Origin: Pseudogymnoascus verrucosus
Taxonomy: Eukaryota
Assembly (NCBI GenBank): GCA_001662655.1
Contig: KV460206.1
Reading direction: 5' to 3' (one strand)
Length of the DNA: 64,000 bases
Shown: positions 12,301-24,090 of the stretch, piece after piece
Layout: every line of letters starts with the position of its first letter
How positions within the stretch are numbered: the stretch's first letter is position 1
Position numbers and translations under genes: made by a program
Notes under the pieces: generated by a model
Database searches by the model: none
What the model was told of the DNA's origin: nothing
The model's input: the letters and a program-made list of their open reading frames with translations, nothing else

Positions 12301-12511
12301 AGTTCCTTTCCAAAGCACGAAAGACGTCGAGGGTTGTACGATGTAAGAAGGCGAATGAAGAAGACCAAGTGAAGGCAACATACGCGGCATCGACCCTCCT
12401 CCTCTTCGCCGGTGGGCGACCCTCGTTGTTCACGAATCGAATCTGCTTCGGAGTTGGGAGCACCACGGTCGACATCTTACCGGCGCCTCTGCCAGCGGAC
12501 CACAAGCTCAT
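9339..12511 (-). CDS. Zn(II)2Cys6 transcription factor with fungal TF (MHR) domain, 3 exons
   Basis: After splicing, ACQTCRKRKIRCDGKRPECSTC..C. Middle region FFVHLGCNFPFL, WMYTGCAIRMASDLGL, TLWAIFTLDR. Introns GTATGT..TAG (~12383-12275) and GTTAGT..TAG (~11787-11742). Confidence 0.92.
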
Positions 12512-13703
12512 TCTTCATGAGGAGCCAGGGAGAGAGCTGGATAAACTTGCAGGGCTGAGCGTGAGCGGGGCAGAGTCGCATCTCATCTCCAGTTGCACGT
12601 TTCTATGGTCATGTTATGCTGACACGACAGATCCGGCGGCTGTCCGTGTCGAATCTGAGGGTGGTTGGAAGGTGGAAGGGAAGCCTGGAAAGGCTGGGAT
12701 AAGATCGCTTGTCGCAAGCAAGAGCAAGTGTAAAGTCAGCAGCAGTCTGGAGCTGTGTTGGCGCAGTGCATGGTAGATTTGGGGTAGATTGGGTAGATTG
12801 GTAGATTAGAAAGCCACAGTGTGGTAGCGTTACTTTGGTAGTGGGCGGGCGGACAGACGGGAGCGGAGCGGGGGGAACTAACACTGAGCTCCAAGTGGGG
12901 ATCAGTGGACACGACAAGTCCCCTCCCCCATAAGCGCTAGGGGACTACGGAGACGAGCTTAAATACATTGTCTCGAGAGCCACGTCTTCAAAACATTCCG
13001 TCCACTAAAACTTTCTCAACTTAGCGCCACGACTCCTACCACATCAACACAACAACAACAAGGTGAGGCTTCGGAAACTCAGAGAGGTCCGAAGGGAAGT
13101 ACTGTACAGTTCTATCTGTACCTTCATCGCCCCGGAGATCCCATCCATCTGTGCCTCCTCCAACCAAATTCACGGCCCTTTAAATAGTGCAGCGCATATC
13201 GTGCTATTCCCTCCAGGATCATTATATGAGGGATGCAGCCACGTCCCAGAATGGACTCTCTCCTAGTGGGCCAGACGACGTTTGTTTGCCATGGTCATGA
13301 TGTTTTAACTGCCGAACAAAACTGCCTGTGTTCCTTTGGATCTGATCACCGTGGCGTCCTTCGATGATTGACAGTGACTTTGACGGGTGACTAGCTAGTA
13401 CTCTAGCCGCTGCTTGACTGTGATAGTGGACAGTAGTGGATGATCACAGTTGGGGGAATTGTTTGTCTCAGATATCAAGCCACGAACCCTGCATCTCTGG
13501 CGGAGACTAAGGAGAGATGTGCGAGGGAGGGTAAGCTCGATGATTGAAAATAGCGCTCTTTCCTCAACTATGGGCCTATTAAATGAATTTGCACAACCGG
13601 GACCAACATCACACCCCTGTCCTTGGGAAGCCTCATCACTGTGTGCAGTCCAGTATTGCACAAGTACAGTACCGAATACCTCTCTTGTCGTGCCTTGATT
13701 CCT

Positions 13704-15305
13704 TCAGTTTTCATAGATATTCGCGTCAAACTCGCGGAACCTGTCTCGTCCTTCGGCGTCTTTGTTAACCCAGACGCTAACACTGGTACCCGGGCAAACA
13801 AAGTTGCCACAGCCGTCATCCTCAATGACCACTTCTCTGTCTGACCATCCAAGCACATCGGTCCAGACTTCGCCTGCATGCATTTCTCCAACATGCATCC
13901 GCTTCTCACCGGGCCCCGCATTGCTGAGGACCGTCGCGCAGCCGAACCGCCTATCCCATGTACCATATCGTACCCATCCTATGCATGTTGGGAAGTCGAA
14001 GTAGTCCTGTTGCAACCCGTAGGCATACAGCTTGCGGGCCAACGTGAGGGCCGATAGAGCCCCCCCGCAGGACGGCGGAAATGTTTGCTTGTCCCCGGCC
14101 GGGTCCATGCCGTAGAGATCGCCCCAGAAGACGCAAGGGTACCCGTCGTATCGAAGCAAGATGAGGGAGTACGCAAGGGGCTTAAAGAATGGCTCGATGG
14201 CGGCTTCTAAGGCTTGATAAGGTTGGGTGTCGTGATTCATCACAAGCGTCTACTCGAGTAAGTAGCTGTTTGTTTTGTCATAGTTCGTGATGATTGGAGT
14301 ACTTACCACAGCGTTGATTGGCTCTTTTTGCACCAATGATCCGTCGAACACTTTTCTCAAGTCGGCTTCTGGAGTCTTGCTCATCTCCGAGAAATTGTGT
14401 ACGAGGGGCGCATCAAACAGCGAGAATTTCGTCCCCATTCGCAGAAGATATTCACTCATATCATCCAAGCTGTCCTTCCAGAACTCCCCCACAAAAAACC
14501 AACCATCTCCTCTAACCTCGTCCATCTTTATAATAAACTCTCGTAGAAAGTCTTCACTGAAGTGCTTCACAGCGTCGAAGCGAATACCGGAGATATCGAC
14601 TTCCTTGCTCAACCACTTACCCCAGTTTATCACGTCTTCTCTCACTTCCGGGTGGTCGTAGTCGAGGTCAGCGAACATTAGGTAGTCATAGTTTCCCCTC
14701 TCATCATCGACGCTCTCCGCCCAATCCTTGGTGTCGTCGCCGAGAATCTTATAAATGGCCGTCTTCTTGGTCTTCGCGTCATAATCAATTCCGCTAAAGT
14801 GATACCAATGATACTTCTGGGCGCTGTACTTTTCGCCACGGCCAAGAAAATCAAACCCAACCCAAGCGTCGATTTCATAGGGCTCTGAGACTTTTTGGGT
14901 GCGGTCCTCGTTATCGACCTCCTCTGCACGGCACATCTCCTTATGATCGGCAGCTGCCTTATGGTTGAGCACCGCATCCCAATAAATGCCAGCGCCTACC
15001 TCCTTGGCCTTAGCCGTCAGGGATAGTAGCTCTTCTTTTGTGCCCCACTTTGTGCTTTTGCCTCCCTTCTGGTCGAATTCGCCTAGGTCATACAGGTCGT
15101 AGATGTCGTAGCCATTTCCACTCGGAGAGGACGCCTTGCATCCGGGAGGGATCCAGAAGTTGTCGATGCCAAAAGCCTTAAGCTGGGGCAACTGGGACTC
15201 GATGCGCTTCCAGTGCTTCTGGTCATCGGGGACGTACCACTCGAAGGCTTGCATCATGGTCATGTTCTCAGGTGTGGGCGCCTGTTCGCCATTGTCTCCT
15301 CCCAT
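13704..15305 (-). CDS. Intracellular GH13 alpha-amylase (GH13_5, bacterial liquefying type), exons 15305-14307 and 14249-13704
   Basis: MMQAFEWY, GYDIYDLYDLGEFDQKG, DAVLNH, GIRFDAVKH (catalytic D), VGEFW (E), VMNHD (D). No signal peptide. Probable 5'UTR intron ending just before the ATG. Confidence 0.93.
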
Positions 15306-16201
15306 CTGTATGGGTTGTTTGTTAGCTATTGTGAGGTGTAATTGCAGCTGTCTCTACTATACAAGAACAGCAGGGGAATTTGCATACCGTGAATATGTGA
15401 GGCTCAGAAACTGAGTGGTGGCGAGGTGACGGGTAGGTTAGATGCCAGGAATGATTTTCAAGGAGGACAGAAACAGAAATAGGAAAAAAACTGTAGATAA
15501 ATATAGCAAAAAACCCCTGGGAAGAACGTGATCTGTTCTGAATGCTTATAGGGCCTCTCCTGCCTTGATTTATCTCAAAATTACTATTCCCCTGGTGGAA
15601 GGGACTTCTAGACCGCAACCAAGTATGGCAAATGACGTATTGCTAGAAAAGCACTCGTAGGACACCAGGCACAGGATTAGATAAGGCAATTAATGCCCCT
15701 TATTTGTAGTCATAGAAGGTGCGTGAATAACTGCATGATATATTCCCATCCAAATGTCTACTATTCACAAATTCCGATCTTAAAAATGAGATATCTCTGT
15801 TCAGAGGCTCATAGGCATTTTTTGGAAATGCAGGTTCTGGACCCTTGGACTGGAATAACGCACGGACCTATCGAGAACCCTGTTTGATAACCAGAACGTG
15901 GTGACAGTCCAATGGGGTGCACGGACAATTTTGGTTGCTGTGCCATCCTGTCGGCATGTCAACAAATGTCCCCCATCCCCGGATGCAATCTTCGTTGACA
16001 TGGAGGCCACATTTATTGAATCTCTGATCACAATTTTTCCTCCCTTTGACACGAATACACGATTATATATGATTGCAATATCCTGAAATCTTTCTCGCGA
16101 ACTCCATATTGTATTTGCCATCTGCAAGTGGGGTTGCTACACCCTCAGAGACTCACATTCCAACGGTTGTTCCACCAGCAATTTTGCTGTAACCATCAGC
16201 A

Positions 16202-18865
16202 ATGGCAAAGCCTACACCTTCCGACGACGACTTTGGAATCCATGTCGACGGCTCCTGTCTCACCGATTCGACAGACCTGCACGCATCTCCAAAGAGGAAT
16301 GTCTCCGACCAAACAGTTATCCACCACGACGAAGTCCACGAGAAGACCGAACAGGACGAGCATACAGAAGCACTCATCCATGCCGCTGCACGAGCAATTA
16401 TTACGAGCATCGAGCAAGATGCATATGACAAACATGCTGGTTCTGTCATAAGCGACCTGAGCTACAGTGGCGTCGATGGATCGGATAACTGCTATACTGA
16501 AGGATCGAATTTAACATATGGAGAGGAGGCGGAGATGAGCTACGGAGAGGGAACCGAGATGAGCTATGAGGGCGACCAGGAAAATTCATACAATGAAGAC
16601 ATTCATGGCGACCCCTACGATGGCTCTGGTAGCTCACACCATGAAGACGACGTCTTCAGCCACGGCAGGAGAAGCTCCGGCGGGAGTCTCAATTCAAGTG
16701 ACGAACAAAACACAGATGAAGAGAGGCGGTACCAGCTTACAAAGTCCGACAACAAAGCCGCACAAGCGGAGAACAGATTCGTGCAGCATGATGAACAGGA
16801 GAAGGAGTTGGACAATGAAATGAACAACATACCTGAAACAATATCTCGAATTCCCAGCATGGCCTCAAACGCCTACTCTATGCTACCGGAGCCGCTATCT
16901 TTCTCCTCCGTAACTTCGCCTCACACGCCCAGCAAAGTCCTCAACCGCCCTCCTTTCAGGACCCCAAGCTCAGTACGGGCAATGCAAATGTCCAGCCCGA
17001 CACCCTCAGTCTTTTCCGGCTCACCGACGTCACGCAAGAGGGTGAATAGCTCGCGCATATCCACGCCAAACAGACTCCAGTCTTCGCTCACGAAGCACAG
17101 GACTCCCACCAAATTTAAAGCAAAGGAAGAGCATCCCTTAGTTCTCTTACACGTCACTGTCCTCCCATTACACTGGCAGCATGCCCAGATAATGGACACA
17201 GCGCCACCAGACGTGCTATCGAAAGACCTTCTAGCTGTGCGAGAGAGCTGGAAGCTGCTCCAAGACAAACTTGGCGATACCGTGTTTGAACGGGGCGTCC
17301 TACTTCCCCACCCTCAAGATTCATATGAGACTCTCGAAGAGAGACTCTGCGCTGCACTGGAGCTTCCCATGCGTCCCCGTGCCAAGATCCTCGCTTGCGG
17401 ACACTACGTCGGGCCCTCCACATCCTTCTCTGACAGCGAGCTGTCCTCGTCTGACTCTTCTGATTCCGAGGATCTGGACTCGGAAGTGTCCACCAAGTCT
17501 CTGTGGTGCGACATCTGCTGCCGCGATGTCCGTTTCGGGAAGTTCGATTCAATGCCAGGGAGGCAGAAGAAGAGCTTCAAGGTCAAGCTGTTTGCGTCGA
17601 ATGGGCTTATGGGAGCTGGTGCCTGGGCAGCGTGTTGGAGGGAAATGGAGAGGGTGGATGTGGAGATTACGCCGTGGGTTGAGGCCGCTGCCGCGAAGGA
17701 GATCAATGAGTTGACAGAAACGGTCATGGCGCATCAAGCCTCTGACGAGGGACATTTTGAAGAGGTTCACCACAGTATTATGGAGGAGCCGGTGCCTTCT
17801 GTTAAGATTGAAGCTCCAGAGGAGGAAAGCCATGCCGACTTTGCCGACATTGCGAGGAGTGAAAGGGACGCGATGCGATTGAGAGAAATATATGGTGAAC
17901 AACCATCTCAAGCACCAGAGCAAGGTCCCCACCCTCAACAACATGATCCTCACCCGCAGCACGATCCCCATCCTCAGCACGAAAGTCCTTCAAGCAGACG
18001 CCCAACTGCTCGACATCAGCAGGACGAATCCTTCGTCACTCTCCTTGTGGCTGCCGCCAAAGTGCTCGTGCAAGACAAGAAGAACGTCATGATTTTCCTT
18101 CTCAGTCTAGTCGTCCTGCTGCTTGCCGTTAGGCCTGGAGGAGCACCACCGGTAAACAGCTTTCAGATGCAGGAGCTGGCAATGCAGAGGTTTGAGCAGG
18201 AGGCGGCGGCTCGCATGGCTGCTAATGTTGTGCAGCCGGTCGTGCAGATGGTTGCAAAGGTGGAACAACAGGAAATACACGCCCTAGAGCAGGCTCCGGT
18301 GCAAGTCGTGGCTCGGGCTGAAGTTGTGGAGGAGAAGAGGCAGGTTCCTGTTCAGGTTCCCGTTCAGGTCCCCGTTCAGGTCCCTGTGCAGGAGGCGGCA
18401 TACATTGAGGTTGAAGAAGCGGAGCCTGAGGTCCCTGCCCCAGCAGCTGTTCCAGAACAACAAGCTGTCGACGCGGTGCCGGAAATCGAGGAAGAAGCGG
18501 TCGTTGAAGTGGCAGAACCGGTACAGGAGGAGCCTTTGGCCTCTTCAATTGCTGAAGAAACTGAAGAATCCGGCCCTACCCCTCAGGTAGAGGCAACTGA
18601 GGAAGCTTCTACTTCTACAGAAGCTTTGGAGGACGCAGTGGACTCTGAGCCTGCTATCGAAGCTGAGGCTGTCGAGGCAGTTGAAGAAGCCGAGCCTTCC
18701 TCAGCTGCCTCAGTGGAAGCTGTGGAGTCCATCGAGCCTGTCGTCGAGGTCGAAGCAGTTGAGACTGAGCCAGCTGAGGTCGAACCAGCCGAGTCGGAAC
18801 CTGTACTATCAGAAACTGAGACTGTCCAGCCCGTTGCCGAAGCTGTCGAGGAGCCTCAAGAATGA
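16202..18865 (+). CDS. Uncharacterised 887-aa protein: low-complexity N-terminus, central globular domain, one TM helix, acidic E/A/P/V-rich tail
   Basis: Single long ORF. Central HPLVLLHVTVLP..ERGVLLPHP..CGHY..WCDIC..GAWAACWREMERVD. TM segment VMIFLLSLVVLLLAV. Confidence 0.8.
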   Translation: MAKPTPSDDDFGIHVDGSCLTDSTDLHASPKRNVSDQTVIHHDEVHEKTEQDEHTEALIHAAARAIITSIEQDAYDKHAGSVISDLSYSGVDGSDNCYTEGSNLTYGEEAEMSYGEGTEMSYEGDQENSYNEDIHGDPYDGSGSSHHEDDVFSHGRRSSGGSLNSSDEQNTDEERRYQLTKSDNKAAQAENRFVQHDEQEKELDNEMNNIPETISRIPSMASNAYSMLPEPLSFSSVTSPHTPSKVLNRPPFRTPSSVRAMQMSSPTPSVFSGSPTSRKRVNSSRISTPNRLQSSLTKHRTPTKFKAKEEHPLVLLHVTVLPLHWQHAQIMDTAPPDVLSKDLLAVRESWKLLQDKLGDTVFERGVLLPHPQDSYETLEERLCAALELPMRPRAKILACGHYVGPSTSFSDSELSSSDSSDSEDLDSEVSTKSLWCDICCRDVRFGKFDSMPGRQKKSFKVKLFASNGLMGAGAWAACWREMERVDVEITPWVEAAAAKEINELTETVMAHQASDEGHFEEVHHSIMEEPVPSVKIEAPEEESHADFADIARSERDAMRLREIYGEQPSQAPEQGPHPQQHDPHPQHDPHPQHESPSSRRPTARHQQDESFVTLLVAAAKVLVQDKKNVMIFLLSLVVLLLAVRPGGAPPVNSFQMQELAMQRFEQEAAARMAANVVQPVVQMVAKVEQQEIHALEQAPVQVVARAEVVEEKRQVPVQVPVQVPVQVPVQEAAYIEVEEAEPEVPAPAAVPEQQAVDAVPEIEEEAVVEVAEPVQEEPLASSIAEETEESGPTPQVEATEEASTSTEALEDAVDSEPAIEAEAVEAVEEAEPSSAASVEAVESIEPVVEVEAVETEPAEVEPAESEPVLSETETVQPVAEAVEEPQE

Positions 18866-19217
18866 GTGCTAGGAGACGAAATGGGGATTAAAGTTTATTA
18901 TTTGTGTTGAAACTGGGTATCATTTGATAGTGAGCGAGCTAGCGAGCGGGCGATTTGAAGGATTGGATTTGGCTTTTATGTTTACGATGTTAAGAAGGCA
19001 GCGAGTTTGGGTACTAGGTTGTTGTCTCGTTCCCGCAAAGGTCGGGGGTGAAAGTCAGTATAAGGAGGGAGGAGTGGATGGGATGAAGATATATGTGAAG
19101 GGGATTGGACTTGAGATGCCTGTTAGGGCTTTAGTAGAATAGTCATATTCGAATCTATACTCTAACATGAGACCATACTGTGCCACTTATTTGATTGACA
19201 TGTCTTTAATTTTCAGC

Positions 19218-19850
19218 TCTATATATGGCAGGAACGTTTATCAAGCAACGGCTCAGTCGCAGCTTCCTTAGGAATTTGAAGCCTTAAATATGGAATGAAC
19301 GATTATCAAGCAGATCCAGACGCAGCTTCCCAGCACTCTCAAGTCTTATATATGGCAAGAACGATTACCAAGCAAAGACTCAGCCGTAGCTTCCTTGAAA
19401 CTTTCAGACTTTATATGATGTTATATATAGCAAGAACGACTACCAAGCAAACTCAGTCGCGGCTTCCTTGAGACTTTTAGGCCTTATATAGGGAAAGAAC
19501 GATTACCAAATAGACTCAATCGCAGCTTCCTCAGGACTTTAAAGCTTCATATATGGAAGGAACGATTACCAAGCAAACCCAGTCGCAGCTTCCCTAAAAA
19601 TTATATCTTTATATATGGAAGGAACGATTGTCAAGCAGACTCAATCGCAGCTTCCTCAGAACTTCCGAGTCTTATATACGGAAGGAATGATTATCAAGCA
19701 AACTCAGTCGCAGCTTCCCCAGGTCTTATATTTTAATATACGGAAGGAACCATTACCAAGCAAAACCTCAATCGCAGCTTCCTTAGAACGTTGAAGCCTA
19801 CTATAGGGAAGGAACGACTATTAAGCAAGACCACAGTCGCACCTTGCTTG
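19218..19850. repeat. Minisatellite, 10 units of ~62 bp
   Basis: Core ATATATGGAAGGAACGATTACCAAGCAAACTCAGTCGCAGCTTCC recurs at ~19220, 19287, 19348, 19423, 19486, 19549, 19611, 19674, 19735 and 19801, with more variable linkers. Confidence 0.92.
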
Positions 19851-20252
19851 GAGAATGGGCTTCAATTCGTTAAATTCGCAAACCGATCGCTTCAGGTCAC
19901 ATGATGCTAATGATACACAGTGTGAAGTCCATGGTATATGTATTGACTTGTATATTGTGATTGTCATGTAGTTCTGGGTTCAGTCGGACTTCCTACTCTA
20001 TGGCCAACCGGCTTTCTGCCTCCAGATAGTCTAGCAGTAGCCAAAGCCTTGAAATTTCAACCACAGAAACCATTCAGCCAGTAGCCTAGGTTCCAAATGC
20101 CCTTCCTCTAGCCCCGTTGTTGGTGACTGGGCCTCATCACCAAGGCAGATCGCGTCGTCCTTGGATCGACTCTGTACGTTCTGAACGTACACACAACAGC
20201 AGCGGTACCACTGTCGATAGAATTGCGTTTGTAACATCTCCTCGTACGCCAT

Positions 20253-20954
20253 TCACCTCACACCACGAGCCCTGCCTCTCGTACTCGCAACACCTCCCCT
20301 CCCAATACCCGACCCCCTTTGCGACGCCGTCCTCCCAAGCCCGGACGCCGGCCTCTGACCCCCCACCGACGACCCCGTCACACTCCCTCTCAACCCCCTC
20401 CCCCTCCCCCTCGTAACTCTCCCCCTCGTCGTCCCCCCCGCCAACCTAACCCTCTCCTCCTCCTCCGCCTTCGCCCTGGCCTCCTCCCTCCGTCTCGCCT
20501 CCTCCGCCGCCCTCCTCTCCGCCGCCTGCGCCCTCATCACAACCTCATTCTCCGCATCCACCAGATCCTGACTCGCGCCCTTCCAATTCGGATCCAGCAG
20601 CAGCCGTTGATTATGTTCCGTCTGTCCCAGCATGCGCGTCCATGTATTCAGCAGCGTCGACGCAGATGTCACGGTCGTGGACACGGTGCCCATGCTCCCC
20701 CGCGCACTCTCGAGCGACGCGATCACACCCTCGATCGCGGCATTTGTGTCTTGTAACGAGGCGAGCTCGCGCTGCAAGGTCGCTGTGCGTGCGGCTTCGG
20801 CGTCGTAGCGGGATTCGCGGGGGGCTTCTGTTGTAGCTGCTGCCGCGGCGGCGGGTTTGGAGTAGGAGGAGGCGCGGGGGGAGCGTGAGGGCGACGCGAA
20901 GAGGTCTTCCTCTGTGTCGGAGATGTCGAGCTTCTCGGGGGCGGGAGGTGCCAT
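20253..20954 (-). CDS. DUO1: DASH/Dam1 kinetochore complex subunit Duo1
   Basis: LQRELASLQDTNAAIEGVIASL..LLNTWTRMLGQTEHNQRLLLDPNWKGASQDL, followed by a coiled-coil and an R/G-rich tail. Confidence 0.88.
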   Translation of the reverse strand: MAPPAPEKLDISDTEEDLFASPSRSPRASSYSKPAAAAAATTEAPRESRYDAEAARTATLQRELASLQDTNAAIEGVIASLESARGSMGTVSTTVTSASTLLNTWTRMLGQTEHNQRLLLDPNWKGASQDLVDAENEVVMRAQAAERRAAEEARRREEARAKAEEEERVRLAGGTTRGRVTRGRGRGLRGSVTGSSVGGQRPASGLGRTASQRGSGIGRGGVASTRGRARGVR

Positions 20955-21016
20955 TGTGTTTTTTCGTCGATTGATGTGGGTTGGAGGGGTAATGATGGTA
21001 CTTGTATACAACTTTG

Positions 21017-21053
21017 ACGCGTGTATTTATGGAATCTGATCTGTTTGACGCGT
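21017..21053. promoter_or_regulatory. Two MCB-like elements (TTTGACGCGT x2) upstream of DUO1
   Basis: ACGCGT at 21017-21022 and 21048-21053 with an identical TTTG flank, 60-100 bp from the DUO1 ATG. Confidence 0.45.
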
Positions 21054-21681
21054 CGTGGGGATTGGGGAACTGGACCCGTCTTCAGCCCTGTTGACCGTTG
21101 TGTACCGCTGTGGTGGAGAGGGGGGGCGTACTTTAGGTGTACGCACGGGCCTTGTTCAGCCTCCTCTATTTGGTCGCTTAGTGGGGAATTTCAATGTCCC
21201 AGCCTCCTCATTGTGTGTAGTTGGGACAACCACATCCCCAAACCCCCATCCCCCCCATTTATACACAACATCACCACATAACTTTTGCGCAAATCCACCA
21301 TAATACATAAACAATGCTAAGGACTCTTTATTGTTCGACTATTATTGGAAGTTATTGAATCTATTCTTCTGATATCCTATTGCGCCAGCTCAATTATTGG
21401 GTTCTGCGTAATTAGCGACACACTACTACCAACCAAAACAACACACGACCAAAGCTCAATTCTCTGTAACTCTGTTTGAGGCTTCAACTTTGCGACCACA
21501 ACAAACCCCCAACCACAACTCCTACAACTAAGAAATCAATTGCAACCCTCTTATATATACAGCTGCTTTGTTTCTGCTGGACAGATTGGCTATTTACTCA
21601 GTCTCCGTGCTGGCCACAGAATTGCCAGAAGGCGAACGCGAACAAACCTACAAACCACAAACGAAGCCTTTGTTTGTCAAC

Positions 21682-23012
21682 ATGGCAGGCGCGGCGGCTA
21701 CAACTCCTCCTCCCACTTCGCGGGTTAGGATTCCTCCAACACCGCGACTCGGATTAGAAGACGACTACCAACCTTACGCGCGAAGGAAGTCAACTCGCGT
21801 CGCATCGCAACGTGAGAGCTCGGCACAGACACCGCCTCCAGCTTCCAACCACAACCTTCGTTCCGCAAACTCCTCTCCTCAGTCATCATCTAAGCGCACC
21901 GCTTCTGGGTCTTCCAACATTACACCTCCCTCCACCATTTCACGCAAGCGAGCAAACAAACCCACACTTCTGGGCGAAGACCAAGTTTCCTCCCAAACAA
22001 CAAGAGGTGCCAGTTCTCCCCAGGGCTTCTACTCCTCCATCGGCACAAGGAACGGGATGCTTCCAACTCCAGCAAAGACGCCGCAGAAGCGCGCAGAAAC
22101 CAAAACCTCAACGATCACATCGATCGCCAGAAACCTCTTCCCAGTCCGCCACGAAACTGTTGAGCAAGCGATGCCATCTCCCAAGAGGCGCGGCAAGAAG
22201 TACAAAGGGTTTTCCCTTGACGGATATGGCGAAGATGAGGATGAATCGATTGCCATCTTTACGGATTCCAAGGAACGCCTTCCAGAGGTTGACGAGAGCC
22301 TGGGCAACCCTTTCTATGGACCGGAAGTGGTCAGAGCTGATGACCTATCGAAACGTGGAAGCAAGCGCAGAAGAAACCCACCACGCGAGTCCAACGGCGC
22401 TGAGGAAGAGGCTCAAGACGAAGAGCGCAAAGATGGCCTCGTATATGTATTGTGAGTAGATCGATCTAAAATTCACTGAAGTCCCACTAACACACCTTTA
22501 GCCGTGGCAAGAAAATCTTCCGCAGATTCAGCGACCTGGATGAGACAGGATCGCGTCCTTCTGCTGCCGATGAAGTTGAGGATGAGATTGATGTTACCGT
22601 TCCCTCCAGACTTCGTGGTCCTCTTACTCGATCTTCCATGAAGCCTCGTCTTCTGTTCCCCACCCAAAAGCAACTCGATGAGAGGAACAGCCAGTACAGC
22701 GAAGCTGATGAGGAAGCCGACACCGACATCGAGGAGGACAACGAAGTCACTACTCCATCCCTTCACACAGAGAAGGTCGCAACTCCACGTGCTCCAAGAT
22801 TTGCACCTGTCTCGCCGCCAAGCACCGTGGCTCGAACGACTCGCTCCAAGAAGTTGTCCTCAGACGATGACATGGCCGGGGCAAGCTTTTCCAGCTTGGG
22901 ATCTGCATCTCCATTTGAGAGCTGGCAGCGCACCAAACCCAAGGGCCAAAAGAGGGGCAGTGACGCCGTGTCCGCTTTCGACACCGGAAATCACAAGCGT
23001 GTCCGTGGCTAA
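21682..23012 (+). CDS. Conserved-looking hypothetical S/T-P-rich protein, 2 exons (21682-22451, 22502-23012)
   Basis: GTGAGT..CTAAC..TAG intron gives GLVYVFRGKKIFRRF. Other motifs MLPTPAKTP, NPFY, KPRLLF. Confidence 0.8.
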
Positions 23013-24090
23013 ATCTTTCTTTGCAAGGCCTGGATCTATCTGCATGCAATAAGGCAGCTTTTTTTGTATCCAGGTTCAAGCCTTGGCCGCATTTCCGAGC
23101 CGGCTCTTCTTTTATCGCGCAGTCATCACTGGCGCTTGGACATGATGTCCTTTTTTTCCTGTTTGTATAACGACGATGCATTGACCGCGACTCTCTTTTT
23201 CAACTAATACCAACCTGATACATCACGGCACGACACTCATGGCTTTACACACAATGGCGCAACGAAATCTTTTCTGGTCTGGGATGCATTAGGCAGGGCA
23301 CATGGGGTGGGAATACATGGGGGTGAGAATATGAAGTAGGACGAGTCAATAGGGGTTCAATGTAGCATGGACTGGGGGGAAAGAAGCCAGATGATGGTTA
23401 CTGGTTGATGGATAATGTAGACTAGAATGACTGCGCCAATAAAAGAGCGAATTCATATATGAGTGGTCCTTGAATATCCCTTAGTGATGATACCCGCCAC
23501 TAAAATTACCCTCCTGATATTGTCGTACGTGTGTTTCTTACTACTAAGATCGAGGTTGGAACATACAAAAGATTCGAAATCGACCTCAAATTCACATTCA
23601 TCTCGTACGGTCATGATATTCCAGCATAGTTCACGCAGGATATGAACCGGGTCGTCACATGCTGTGATATGTCAGTCTGGTCGGCATCCTTGGTCTGGGT
23701 ACTGCTGGGCTGCTTGGTGCTTGGCTACCGCAACAACTGCCCAATGTCAGCGCTGCGATGTCAGTAATCCAAGCCCTATTCCAATGAGGAAAAGCAAGAT
23801 ATTTTGCCCTTACCGGAAGCTATGGCTTGGTTTCTTTCCCAGCGGCTTTTGAGACGCCAGTTGAATGATGGCATCTCCCACGTGATTGTTGGCGCCAAGC
23901 AGTTTTGAGAAAAAGGTTCCGACAAGGGTCTTTCGCTAGTCTATACCCGCCACTGGTCCCTGGATGCCGTGATAGAGCGACTCAGGAACTCAACCATCCG
24001 TACAAAATTTGCAACACAAAATATACTCGAAAGCTTCTCTATTTTGCCGGACCAAATAGCTTATCCTCAAGGAACCCAGAATCCGCAAAT

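Noticed and set aside
19218..19850. CRISPR array
   Set aside because: Eukaryotic context with no cas genes. The repeats are degenerate, and the linkers are short and related to each other.
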